NCBI GenBank assembly: GCA_015064505.1
Contig: SVSB01000006.1
Location: 1,233-65,232 of the forward strand
Source: Oscillospiraceae bacterium
GTDB lineage: Bacteria > Bacillota > Clostridia > Oscillospirales > CAG-272
Direction: 5' to 3'
DNA: 64,000 bases
Part shown: positions 36,401 through 43,220 of the stretch, piece by piece
Numbering within the stretch: the first letter of the stretch is position 1
Layout of the letters: the number at the start of each line of letters is the position of its first letter
The notes under the pieces: model-generated
Databases searched by the model: none
What the model was told of the DNA's origin: nothing
The model's input: the letters and a program-made list of their open reading frames with translations, nothing else
Position numbers and translations under genes: made by a program

Positions 36401-39198
36401 GCCTCGATCGATCGCAGTATACTTTCAACCACGGAAAACGGAACATCTGCATAATCCAGGAAAGTTACGGTTACATACCAGCCGTTGCTTTCCACAACGT
36501 ACCGATGAGCATCGTAAGTTGTATACGGAGCGTATTTTTCAGGACTTCGAGTGTGTACATAATATACGAAGGAATCCTCAGCAGTTCCGTATTTTTCTTC
36601 AACTACGGTTACTTCGTATCCGTCACCGACTTTAAACCGTTCGGGTGATATTCCGGCAGTAAAGGGTCTAACGTCGTTTACCTCAAATAGCTTGATATCG
36701 TTTCTTTCCGCAACGCTTCCGGAGAAGGACCAATTTGAAGGAAGCTTAAGAGAGATAGGAAAGTTGGATACAGAGATATACTCACGGATATTGACGTTGC
36801 ACTGATGCTCGGCCATTGTATCCGCCTCGGCACCGCTCTCGTGACTAACCACGTTTACCGTGATATTCTCATCGTCCCAACCGAAGATCGGGTTGCCCTT
36901 AAACGTTACGGTTACGAGATCTCCAACGGAAAGCTTCGTTTCAACGGGAGAATAAAAGCGGTAATACAGCAATCCCGACTTAAGCAGATAATAGCGATAT
37001 CTGCCGTCCTCCGAAAGCTCGCAAATATCAGCGACCGCACCCTGCTTTTCAACGTTTGGATAATCGATCTCAACGTTCACCCCCGAAATCCGTCCCACTA
37101 TCTTTGAAGAATCGGGAACTATCAGCTTCGTCAGCTTGCTGTTATAAAATGCATTCTCGGCTATTTGCTCTACCGACTCCGGAAGAACAAACTCACCCGT
37201 TCTTGCAGGCGGGAAAGCAACGAGAGTTTTCATATCCTTTGTGTAAAGCACGCCGTCTACAGCGGCATACTTTATACAATCCTCCGTCACGGAGAAACCG
37301 AGAACGTCCTCGGATATTTTTGCGGGCGCACCGGATATAACAAGATACTTGTTATTGAAGTTGACGTAATTGATTGTAAATTCGTAATACGCTCCGCTTC
37401 TTATGCGATTCAGATATTCCACAACGTCATCATTCAAATTTATAACGTCGACATTGTAGGTGAAATTATTTGATTGCAATGCCGCCATATCACTGATACC
37501 GTTTTCATTTCCGTTGAACACTCGCACCGACTTAAGCACGCAGTCAAACTCAGTGATATCAACAACGGTATCGGTATAAAAGCAAACACTTAAGTTATAC
37601 CCTTGGCAAGTAACAACAAAGCTGTATTTGTGTCCGTTTTTATTTTTTGAATGACACAAAAATGCAAAGCTGTCGTTTTCGCCGCCCGTTTTCTCCTCAA
37701 CCTTTATTTCTGCAGGCTCAAAGGTCTTTTCGAACTCGCTTGTGTCTATACCAAGCACCAAAGGCCATGCTCGTATGAAGGAAAACACCGTTTTGCCGTT
37801 CAGGGTTGCAACGTCCCCATCAAAAGACCATTCTTCGGGAACCGTGATGCCTATCTTCATTTCAGTTGAAGTATAATCCTTCAGCTTGTTTTCAAAGCAT
37901 CTTTCTATCATTCCGTCAACCGCAGGCGGCTCATCCGTATCGGCGGGAACCGTAGTCTCAACGGGCTCCGTTGTATCGGGTGCGTCTGTGATATCGGGGG
38001 CATCCGTATCGGTGCCGTCCGTGGTATCGGCAACGTCAGTTGTGCCTGCAGGCTCGGGCGGGGTCTGTCTTGCATTGGTAAGCAGGCAAACTGATGCGGT
38101 GATGATCACGGCAACGGCAATCACGCAGGCAAGGGCAGTTGGCTTCTTCATACGGAGCACGCCCTTGATGCGGCTCTTTATGCTACTTTCTCCAAAGGAG
38201 AGCATACCGTGGAAGGGCACCTTACTGCCGCCCACGGACATATTGAGCAGAGTGCGCGCGTACTCCTTGCGCACCTCAAGATCGTAGGTATCTATGGCCC
38301 TTTCGTCGCAGGAAAGCTCCATATCAACGGTCATCAGCTTAAATGCAAGCCACGCAAAGGGATTGAACCAATGCACGCAAAGAATAAGAGATGCTATGGC
38401 CTTTATAATATGATCTCCGCGCTTTACGTGAGTTCTTTCGTGGGCAACCACGTAAGCAAATTCCTTATCTTCAAGGCCGAATGGCAGATATATCTTCGGC
38501 TTTATATAGCCGAAAACGAAGGGCACGTCGATCTGACCGTTTGAATAAAGTCCATCGCCGATCTTATAGGAAAATTGAACCGCGCTTTTGGTTGCCGCAT
38601 AGGAATATGAAAGGTAGCAAAGCATACCTATCACACCCGTTGCCCAGATAGCGCAGGCGGCACGCCATAGAGTGACCGCCCTGCTTGTTTCCGCCAGAAC
38701 GGGGTCTTCGGTTTTCCCCGCTTCGTCAGTATCCGAGGGGACGTCGGTATCATCGGGCAAGTCGGTTATTACGGGGGCAACGACGGGGTCCGTTATCGGC
38801 TGAGTCATTATTTCGGCGGTATATACGGAGCCCGTGTATTGAGGCATCCCTTCCCCCGTGAGGTAGCCGTCGGGAACGCTATCAAAATACCCGTCAAAAT
38901 CCGTTACGGGCTCGGTTACGGGATCCGTAAAGATATCTTCGGTAATTACGGGAGCTTCAGTCGTATCCGCAGGGGTAACCACCGCCGCGTGCTGCTCGGG
39001 CAGATGAATAAAGTTAAAAACGCTGACGGGTGCTTCCACCGCAAAGGGCAAGAGCAATCTTATTGCGGGAATTATCCACAGAACGTACGAGTATTTACGG
39101 GGCAGTCTTTTCATAAAAAGCCTGATGATCGCAACGAAGGCGATTATCACCGCGCCCGTTATGCTCATATTGAGGATAGTTTCGAAGATCTTGAGCAT
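33499..39198 (-). CDS. M56 (BlaR1/MecR1-type) membrane metalloprotease fused to a ~1,500-aa repetitive LRR-containing ectodomain
   Basis: 1,899 aa. N-terminal TM helices are followed by the zinc motif HERTH (nt 38428-38442) in the context FAYVVAHERTHVKRGDH, then a TM helix at about aa 355-380. After that come a Pro/Thr/Asp linker and three tandem super-modules with BspA-type LRR segments. The start is 1 nt after the blaI-like stop. Confidence 0.8.
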   Translation of the reverse strand: MLKIFETILNMSITGAVIIAFVAIIRLFMKRLPRKYSYVLWIIPAIRLLLPFAVEAPVSVFNFIHLPEQHAAVVTPADTTEAPVITEDIFTDPVTEPVTDFDGYFDSVPDGYLTGEGMPQYTGSVYTAEIMTQPITDPVVAPVITDLPDDTDVPSDTDEAGKTEDPVLAETSRAVTLWRAACAIWATGVIGMLCYLSYSYAATKSAVQFSYKIGDGLYSNGQIDVPFVFGYIKPKIYLPFGLEDKEFAYVVAHERTHVKRGDHIIKAIASLILCVHWFNPFAWLAFKLMTVDMELSCDERAIDTYDLEVRKEYARTLLNMSVGGSKVPFHGMLSFGESSIKSRIKGVLRMKKPTALACVIAVAVIITASVCLLTNARQTPPEPAGTTDVADTTDGTDTDAPDITDAPDTTEPVETTVPADTDEPPAVDGMIERCFENKLKDYTSTEMKIGITVPEEWSFDGDVATLNGKTVFSFIRAWPLVLGIDTSEFEKTFEPAEIKVEEKTGGENDSFAFLCHSKNKNGHKYSFVVTCQGYNLSVCFYTDTVVDITEFDCVLKSVRVFNGNENGISDMAALQSNNFTYNVDVINLNDDVVEYLNRIRSGAYYEFTINYVNFNNKYLVISGAPAKISEDVLGFSVTEDCIKYAAVDGVLYTKDMKTLVAFPPARTGEFVLPESVEQIAENAFYNSKLTKLIVPDSSKIVGRISGVNVEIDYPNVEKQGAVADICELSEDGRYRYYLLKSGLLYYRFYSPVETKLSVGDLVTVTFKGNPIFGWDDENITVNVVSHESGAEADTMAEHQCNVNIREYISVSNFPISLKLPSNWSFSGSVAERNDIKLFEVNDVRPFTAGISPERFKVGDGYEVTVVEEKYGTAEDSFVYYVHTRSPEKYAPYTTYDAHRYVVESNGWYVTVTFLDYADVPFSVVESILRSIEADHTRDSIGARSNSDEFALTVITLDEKDVSACAGILNDSSFWGVQSAYPPTLALYSKYLYIMHSPNFISSRTEAYAVSDDCILYTVSDGAIYTKDMETLVAFPPARTGEYTLPDGVKYIDDNAFYGTKLTTLILPASIERLGALNGADGVEVKLAKSEIEEYNVLGELVKKTVTAIVDEKCHKHVYTYYREIVPIDETYFYIDGVLQYFYRRTAYTSSYDRISSEYMQYYNADGTEGEYTSKKYDGSGRVVSETYFENGKPVQREYVYHDGVTPSLIYTVEDAVKHWLGNTSMWTTPAKGGSNPKTYRDLVINYEFEDAEEISRMYEDAAVAERLGFEPGSSVTVVKADFWGGWEGNVSVPIVVVKDRSGIYRAIDEVDVKTSTVTGVIIKKGDLSEDKSAREYRIYSNGWYYTFSLPASLDWEPCDKVTLSYVSFAGRSHLYFEEDSVQYRRFTNAEKLESAPISNAMTQTEMNLTDSTDSTVKCRVKLSLPNTWTVSGATAARSQIIHFAVATTMSPAASGINLDLLRTYRGGLLNAVSEKKGTESDPYAYYVYAEAPDYPDWGVTEHVHCYAVFNNGYYVYMMFNADIGISPETLDGILRSVNVGSPWDDTVITISPPGNIINIRLGQGELYVNVQELSAENVEYLQSFLNEHSYMPQTVITFPNKQINFAASPTLISGRTERFEFQDMSLNYVTVDGAIYTKDMETLVAFPPARTGEYTLPDSVKYIDDNAFYGTKLTTLIVPASIENIGKLIGAEELAVEIHEYKYGPSGLTVFEHITKHYENSLLVYERTQSYYSRGALFMDSYEYYNEKGELVADPYKYYDEQNRLLTEKIYLEGKPVIRKYSYVFGFDPIPVETLEQAIDHHLRADSDYTRVVGKGGRSARQFSNLKIYADHAYSGKLSAQYKNPPESEEFGILPTDKVWDVYIEFDCAEKRSMAIIVVLVERDGVFSVIDEIDAVQTQ
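34168..34306 (-). repeat. intragenic repeat copy A (LRR segment of super-module 3)
   Basis: This 139-bp segment differs from 36004-36142 at 8 positions in my manual alignment (about 94 percent identity). Confidence 0.8.
36004..36142 (-). repeat. intragenic repeat copy B (LRR segment of super-module 2)
   Basis: It matches 34168-34306. Both encode DGAIYTKDMETLVAFPPARTGEYTLPD.VKYIDDNAFYGTKLTTLI. A more diverged third copy lies near 37140-37270. Confidence 0.8.
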
Positions 39199-39199
39199 A

Positions 39200-39556
39200 T
39201 TATTTATCCTCCGTGTATTCGTCTATCAGCCGCTTAAGCTCCTCCGCCTCCGTTTTTGATATCTTCTCCTTTGAGAGAAACGCAGTCAAAAACATGGGCA
39301 GCGAGCCGCCGAAGCCTCGGTTGATAAGGGTTTCCGATCTTTCGTTAAGAACGTCGTCGTGGCGGTACAATGCGCTTATAACGCTGTCCTCGTTTTTTAT
39401 TATATTCTTGTCAACAAGATGCTTTACCACCGTATACACGGTGGATTTTTTCCACCCAAGCTTTTCGCCCGCAAGAGTGACGAGCCTGCCCGATCGCAGG
39501 GGCTCGTTTTCCCATATTATATCGAGCAGCTCAAGCTCGCTGTTTGATACTTTCAT
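39200..39556 (-). CDS. BlaI/MecI/CopY family transcriptional repressor
   Basis: 118 aa. The winged-helix N-terminus is ELELLDIIWENEPLRSGRLVTLAGEKLGWKKSTVYTVVKHLVDKNII. The C-terminal part is a dimerisation helix. RBS is AAAGGAGG. Confidence 0.85.
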   Translation of the reverse strand: MKVSNSELELLDIIWENEPLRSGRLVTLAGEKLGWKKSTVYTVVKHLVDKNIIKNEDSVISALYRHDDVLNERSETLINRGFGGSLPMFLTAFLSKEKISKTEAEELKRLIDEYTEDK

Positions 39557-39570
39557 AATGGCCTCCTTTC

Positions 39571-39627
39571 GGTCTATACGTGTAGACCTCCCGTGTTTAG
39601 TCTATCATAATAGACCAAATTTGTCAA
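39571..39627 (-). promoter_or_regulatory. promoter of the blaI-like operon with two operator-like dyads
   Basis: Minus strand reads TTGACA (39622-39627), a 17-nt spacer, then TAGACT (39599-39604). Dyad 2, GTCTAT-N4-ATAGAC (39600-39615), lies between the -35 and -10 elements. Dyad 1, GGTCTA-N6-TAGACC (39571-39588), lies between the promoter and the RBS. Confidence 0.6.
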
Positions 39628-39812
39628 CAGTTTCAAATTACAGAAAATATTAGATTTTCAGGAATTCAAGTTTAATTTTATATAATATTGTTGACTTATC
39701 CTCCCCTATTTGTTATAAGATACATAACTCAAAAAAAGGATGGTTTGCACAGGGCAAATACATCCGCCTTTTCGGAAAGACAACTGGCGCGTGACACGCC
39801 CCGGAGGAAGTT

Positions 39813-42080
39813 ATGGAAGAAACTAAAGTACAGTTTCAGACAAACGTTGAGCTGCCGCAGGAGGTTATTACCCGTATAACCGATGCCGCAAAAGGAGAAA
39901 AGGTGCTGTTCGCCGTCGCCGCTGACCTTACTATGGAAGCGCGATTCGGCAAGGCATTTCTCTCCGCCACAGACAAGGCGATCTACTCGTTTACCGACGG
40001 GGATGCCGAGCCTATGCGCTTGGAATACTCGGAATTTGAGAAGTGCTTTGTCAAGAGATGCTACGGAAATGCGTTACTGAGGATCCGCAGGACGGAGGAT
40101 GCCGAGCCCGAGAACGTTATCCGCTTCTCGCTGAAGGTCGCATCCCTTTTCGATGCCGTTGCCATTTTCTGCGAGAGAATGCACGAAGGCGCCGACCCCA
40201 CCGAGGTGGTACCGATAGTGGAGGATGCGTTCATAAAGCAGAAATCCGTTTGCCCCAAGTGCGGAAGAACTCTTCTCCGCCCCGGCGCGGATTGCATCTA
40301 CTGCTCCTCCAAGGGCAGGTTCTTCAAGACCATCGTAAAGTACGTAATGCCCCATAAGTGGACGTTGCTGTTCTGCATGTTCCTTTCGGCGTTTACTACC
40401 GCACTTTCCCTTATCTCCCCCTATATGAACAAGACCCTTGTGGACGAGGTATTCCCCAACAAGGATCATAAGCTTCTGCTCACCGTTGTTATCACGCTGC
40501 TCGTAGCGCATATTCTGCAGCACGCCGTGGGTATTCTTCGTTCTTACAATTTGAGAATATGCGGCGATAAGATAGTAAAGAGCTTCAGAAGCGATATATA
40601 TAAAAAGGCGCAGTATCTTCCCATGCGCTTCTACGACCGCACCTCCACCGGTAGCGTTATCAACCGTATAAGCGGTGATACCTCCACCATTCAGGCGTTT
40701 ATGCTCCGCATAACCCAGGAGGTAATAGTTCAGCTCTTCCTGCTCGTGGGCATTGTCATCATAATGCTTTCAATGAACTGGAAGCTGACCCTTCTCTCTC
40801 TTATTCCCGTTCCCTTCGTGGTTATGGGTGCAAGAATATTTGGAAGAAAGATACGCCCCTTCTACGTTAAGATCTGGCGCCGTTGGTCTGCCGTTACCTC
40901 CATACTGACGGACACCCTGCCCGGTATCCGAGTTATCAAGGCGTTCACCAATGAAAAAAAGACCATCGGCAACTTTGATTACTACAACGAGGAATGGCTC
41001 AAGACCGATATCAAGAGCGCACGTATCACCATTACCTTCCCCCATATCACCTCGTTCCTTATCAGCTGCGGCTCGCTTCTTATATGGCTTATCGGCGGTG
41101 CTCAGGTAATCGAGGGATCCGGCGAGATCACCGCAGGTCTGCTTATTTCATTTATCTCCTACACGGGCACCTTCTACGGACCCGTAAACTTCTTTGCAAA
41201 TCTTAACGATTCCTTCCAGCACACCCTTGCGGCAGCGGAAAGGATCATGGATATACTTGACGCAGAACCCGAGCACGATTTCTCGGGCGGCGATCATCCC
41301 AAGAACATCAAGGGTAAGATCGAGTTCCGCAACGTCAACTTTTCCTTTGACCGTTCAAAGAAGACCCTTTCCAATATCAACTTCGTAATCGAGCCCGGCG
41401 AGACCGTTGGTATCGTGGGTACCACGGGATCGGGCAAATCAACGCTTATCAACCTGCTGATGCGCTATTACGACGGCTACGACGGCGAGATACTGATGGA
41501 TGACATTGACATCCGCAATATCGATATGACCTTCTACCGCTCCAAGATCGGCTACGTACAGCAGGAACCCATGATGTTCCACGACACCATATTCAATAAC
41601 ATTGCGTACGGCGCCGACGATCCCAGCCCCGAGCAGGTAATTCACGCGGCAGACGTAGCAAACGCACACGAGTTCATTGCCCGTATGCCCGATGCGTACG
41701 ATACGGTACTCGGAGAGCGCGGAACGGGTATATCCGGCGGTGAAAAGCAGCGTCTTTCCATTGCCCGCGCGGTGCTGAAGAACCCCAGCGTCCTGTTCTT
41801 TGACGAGGCTACCGCATCCGTTGACTCGGAGACCGAGAGCCTTATTCAGGCGGCTATTGACCGCCTTATCAGCGGCAGAACCACCATCATGATAGCTCAC
41901 CGTCTTTCCACCCTGCGCAGGGCAACGAAGATAATCGTTGTTGACAAGGGCGAGATACTTGAGATGGGTTCTCCCGAAGAGCTTATGGCACTTAAGGGCA
42001 AGTACTACAAGCTGGTACAGATCCAGACCATGAGCGAGGAAGCCGAAAAGAACCGCAAAGAAGAGCGATTTGAGGGTTAA
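39813..42080 (+). CDS. ABC exporter (fused TMD-NBD) with an extra ~170-aa N-terminal cytoplasmic domain and a zinc-ribbon
   Basis: 755 aa. The N-terminal domain ends with CPKCGRTLLRPGADCIYC. A six-helix exporter TMD follows. The NBD has GTTGSGKST, ISGGEKQRLSIARA and VLFFDEATASVD. Confidence 0.85.
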   Translation: MEETKVQFQTNVELPQEVITRITDAAKGEKVLFAVAADLTMEARFGKAFLSATDKAIYSFTDGDAEPMRLEYSEFEKCFVKRCYGNALLRIRRTEDAEPENVIRFSLKVASLFDAVAIFCERMHEGADPTEVVPIVEDAFIKQKSVCPKCGRTLLRPGADCIYCSSKGRFFKTIVKYVMPHKWTLLFCMFLSAFTTALSLISPYMNKTLVDEVFPNKDHKLLLTVVITLLVAHILQHAVGILRSYNLRICGDKIVKSFRSDIYKKAQYLPMRFYDRTSTGSVINRISGDTSTIQAFMLRITQEVIVQLFLLVGIVIIMLSMNWKLTLLSLIPVPFVVMGARIFGRKIRPFYVKIWRRWSAVTSILTDTLPGIRVIKAFTNEKKTIGNFDYYNEEWLKTDIKSARITITFPHITSFLISCGSLLIWLIGGAQVIEGSGEITAGLLISFISYTGTFYGPVNFFANLNDSFQHTLAAAERIMDILDAEPEHDFSGGDHPKNIKGKIEFRNVNFSFDRSKKTLSNINFVIEPGETVGIVGTTGSGKSTLINLLMRYYDGYDGEILMDDIDIRNIDMTFYRSKIGYVQQEPMMFHDTIFNNIAYGADDPSPEQVIHAADVANAHEFIARMPDAYDTVLGERGTGISGGEKQRLSIARAVLKNPSVLFFDEATASVDSETESLIQAAIDRLISGRTTIMIAHRLSTLRRATKIIVVDKGEILEMGSPEELMALKGKYYKLVQIQTMSEEAEKNRKEERFEG

Positions 42081-42090
42081 GGAGGCTATT

Positions 42091-42579
42091 ATGAACAGAC
42101 TTTACGTTGACAGTAACAACGCAAAATTCAAAAGACGCAGTCTTACCACGGTGGATATGGAGCTTTTCGACGGCACGGTAATAGAAAACCTTGAGCCACG
42201 CCGCCTGTTCCCCATCAGCGGACAGACCAGATATATCTCCCTGCTTGACAGCGATCTTAACGAAAAAGGGCTTATAAGAAATCTTGACGAGCTTATCCCC
42301 GCAGACAAAAAGCTTATCCTTGAATGCCTTGCGGAATATTATCTGATCCCGGTTATTACAAGGATAAACAATATTGACGACCAACGCAGCAAGATAATCT
42401 TCGACGTGGAGACCGACAGAGGACACAGAATACTTGAAATAACCCATCTCGTGCATCAGGTCAAGCTGCTTCACGACAAGCGCGTTCTTTTCAGAGATGC
42501 AAACGACAACCGCTTTGAGATCCCCGACATAAACGCACTTGATAAGCGCAGCCGCACAGCCCTTGACTTTTACCTGTAA
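42091..42579 (+). CDS. DUF1854 family protein
   Basis: Start set at ATG 42091 behind AAGGAGG. As far as I remember the family, MNRLYVDSNNAKFKRRSLTTVDMELFDGTVIENLEPRRLFPIS matches DUF1854. Those proteins are typically encoded next to this type of ABC exporter. Confidence 0.6.
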   Translation: MNRLYVDSNNAKFKRRSLTTVDMELFDGTVIENLEPRRLFPISGQTRYISLLDSDLNEKGLIRNLDELIPADKKLILECLAEYYLIPVITRINNIDDQRSKIIFDVETDRGHRILEITHLVHQVKLLHDKRVLFRDANDNRFEIPDINALDKRSRTALDFYL

Positions 42580-42606
42580 AACAAATCCAATCTTATAGGA
42601 GGAAAT

Positions 42607-42933
42607 ATGAAGCTCGTACTTGCTATTGTAAACAATGATGACAGCACCGTTGCCGCTTCCGCTCTTACAAGCGCCGGATTCTTCGTTACCCGTCTTTCCA
42701 CCACCGGCGGTTTTCTGATGGTCGGCAACACAACTCTGCTTATAGGAACAGAGGATGAATCCGTCAGCGAGGTTATGGAGATTCTGCACAAGCACTGCGT
42801 AACGAGGACGCAGAAGTCCACCCCCAACGCATCCTTCGGGCAAGGTCTTAACCACGGCAGTCTGCCCCGTGAGGTAAAGGTGGGCGGCGCAACCGTATTC
42901 GTTCTCAACGTTGAGGACGTAAAAAAGCTTTAA
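42607..42933 (+). CDS. darA: cyclic-di-AMP receptor, PII-like (DarA/PstA, YaaQ family)
   Basis: 108 aa. MKLVLAIVNNDDS...FFVTRLSTTGGFLMVGNTTLLIGTED...VKVGGATVFVLNVE closely parallels B. subtilis YaaQ/DarA as I recall it. Confidence 0.8.
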   Translation: MKLVLAIVNNDDSTVAASALTSAGFFVTRLSTTGGFLMVGNTTLLIGTEDESVSEVMEILHKHCVTRTQKSTPNASFGQGLNHGSLPREVKVGGATVFVLNVEDVKKL

Positions 42934-42948
42934 GCACTATATGATAAA

Positions 42949-42983
42949 GGGGGTGTAAAGAAACTGTGTTTCTTTACACCCCC
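42949..42983 (+). terminator. hairpin downstream of darA (weak U-tract)
   Basis: GGGGGTGTAAAGAAAC-TGTG-TTTCTTTACACCCCC followed by TTAAACA. Confidence 0.5.
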
Positions 42984-43145
42984 TTAAACAGCCAAGGGGA
43001 TAGGAAAAAATGGCTGGAACGGGCAAATATCCACACGATAGGCGTATATTATACGTCGAGTGTGGATTTTGTTTGTAGAAAAAAAGAGAATTTTACAGAA
43101 AAACTCATTTTTGAGTTTTTCTTACCTTTGACAAAACGCTTTTAG

Positions 43146-43180
43146 AACATTGAAACCCTTGTGTTTTCAATGTTTTTTTC
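43146..43180 (+). terminator. plus-strand terminator-like hairpin with a long T-run and no obvious upstream gene
   Basis: AACATTGAAA-loop-TTTCAATGTT followed by TTTTTCTCTTTTTTT. Confidence 0.45.
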
Positions 43181-43220
43181 TCTTTTTTTCGGTCCGGACT
43201 TTTTTTCCAGCCCCTTTTTG

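Noticed and set aside
33499-39556. Reading the BlaI/BlaR1-like pair as a beta-lactam resistance sensor
   Set aside because: No beta-lactamase or PBP2a-type gene is adjacent, and I see no penicillin-binding sensor domain in the ectodomain. The antibiotic-resistance label would be an over-annotation until an HMM search says otherwise.
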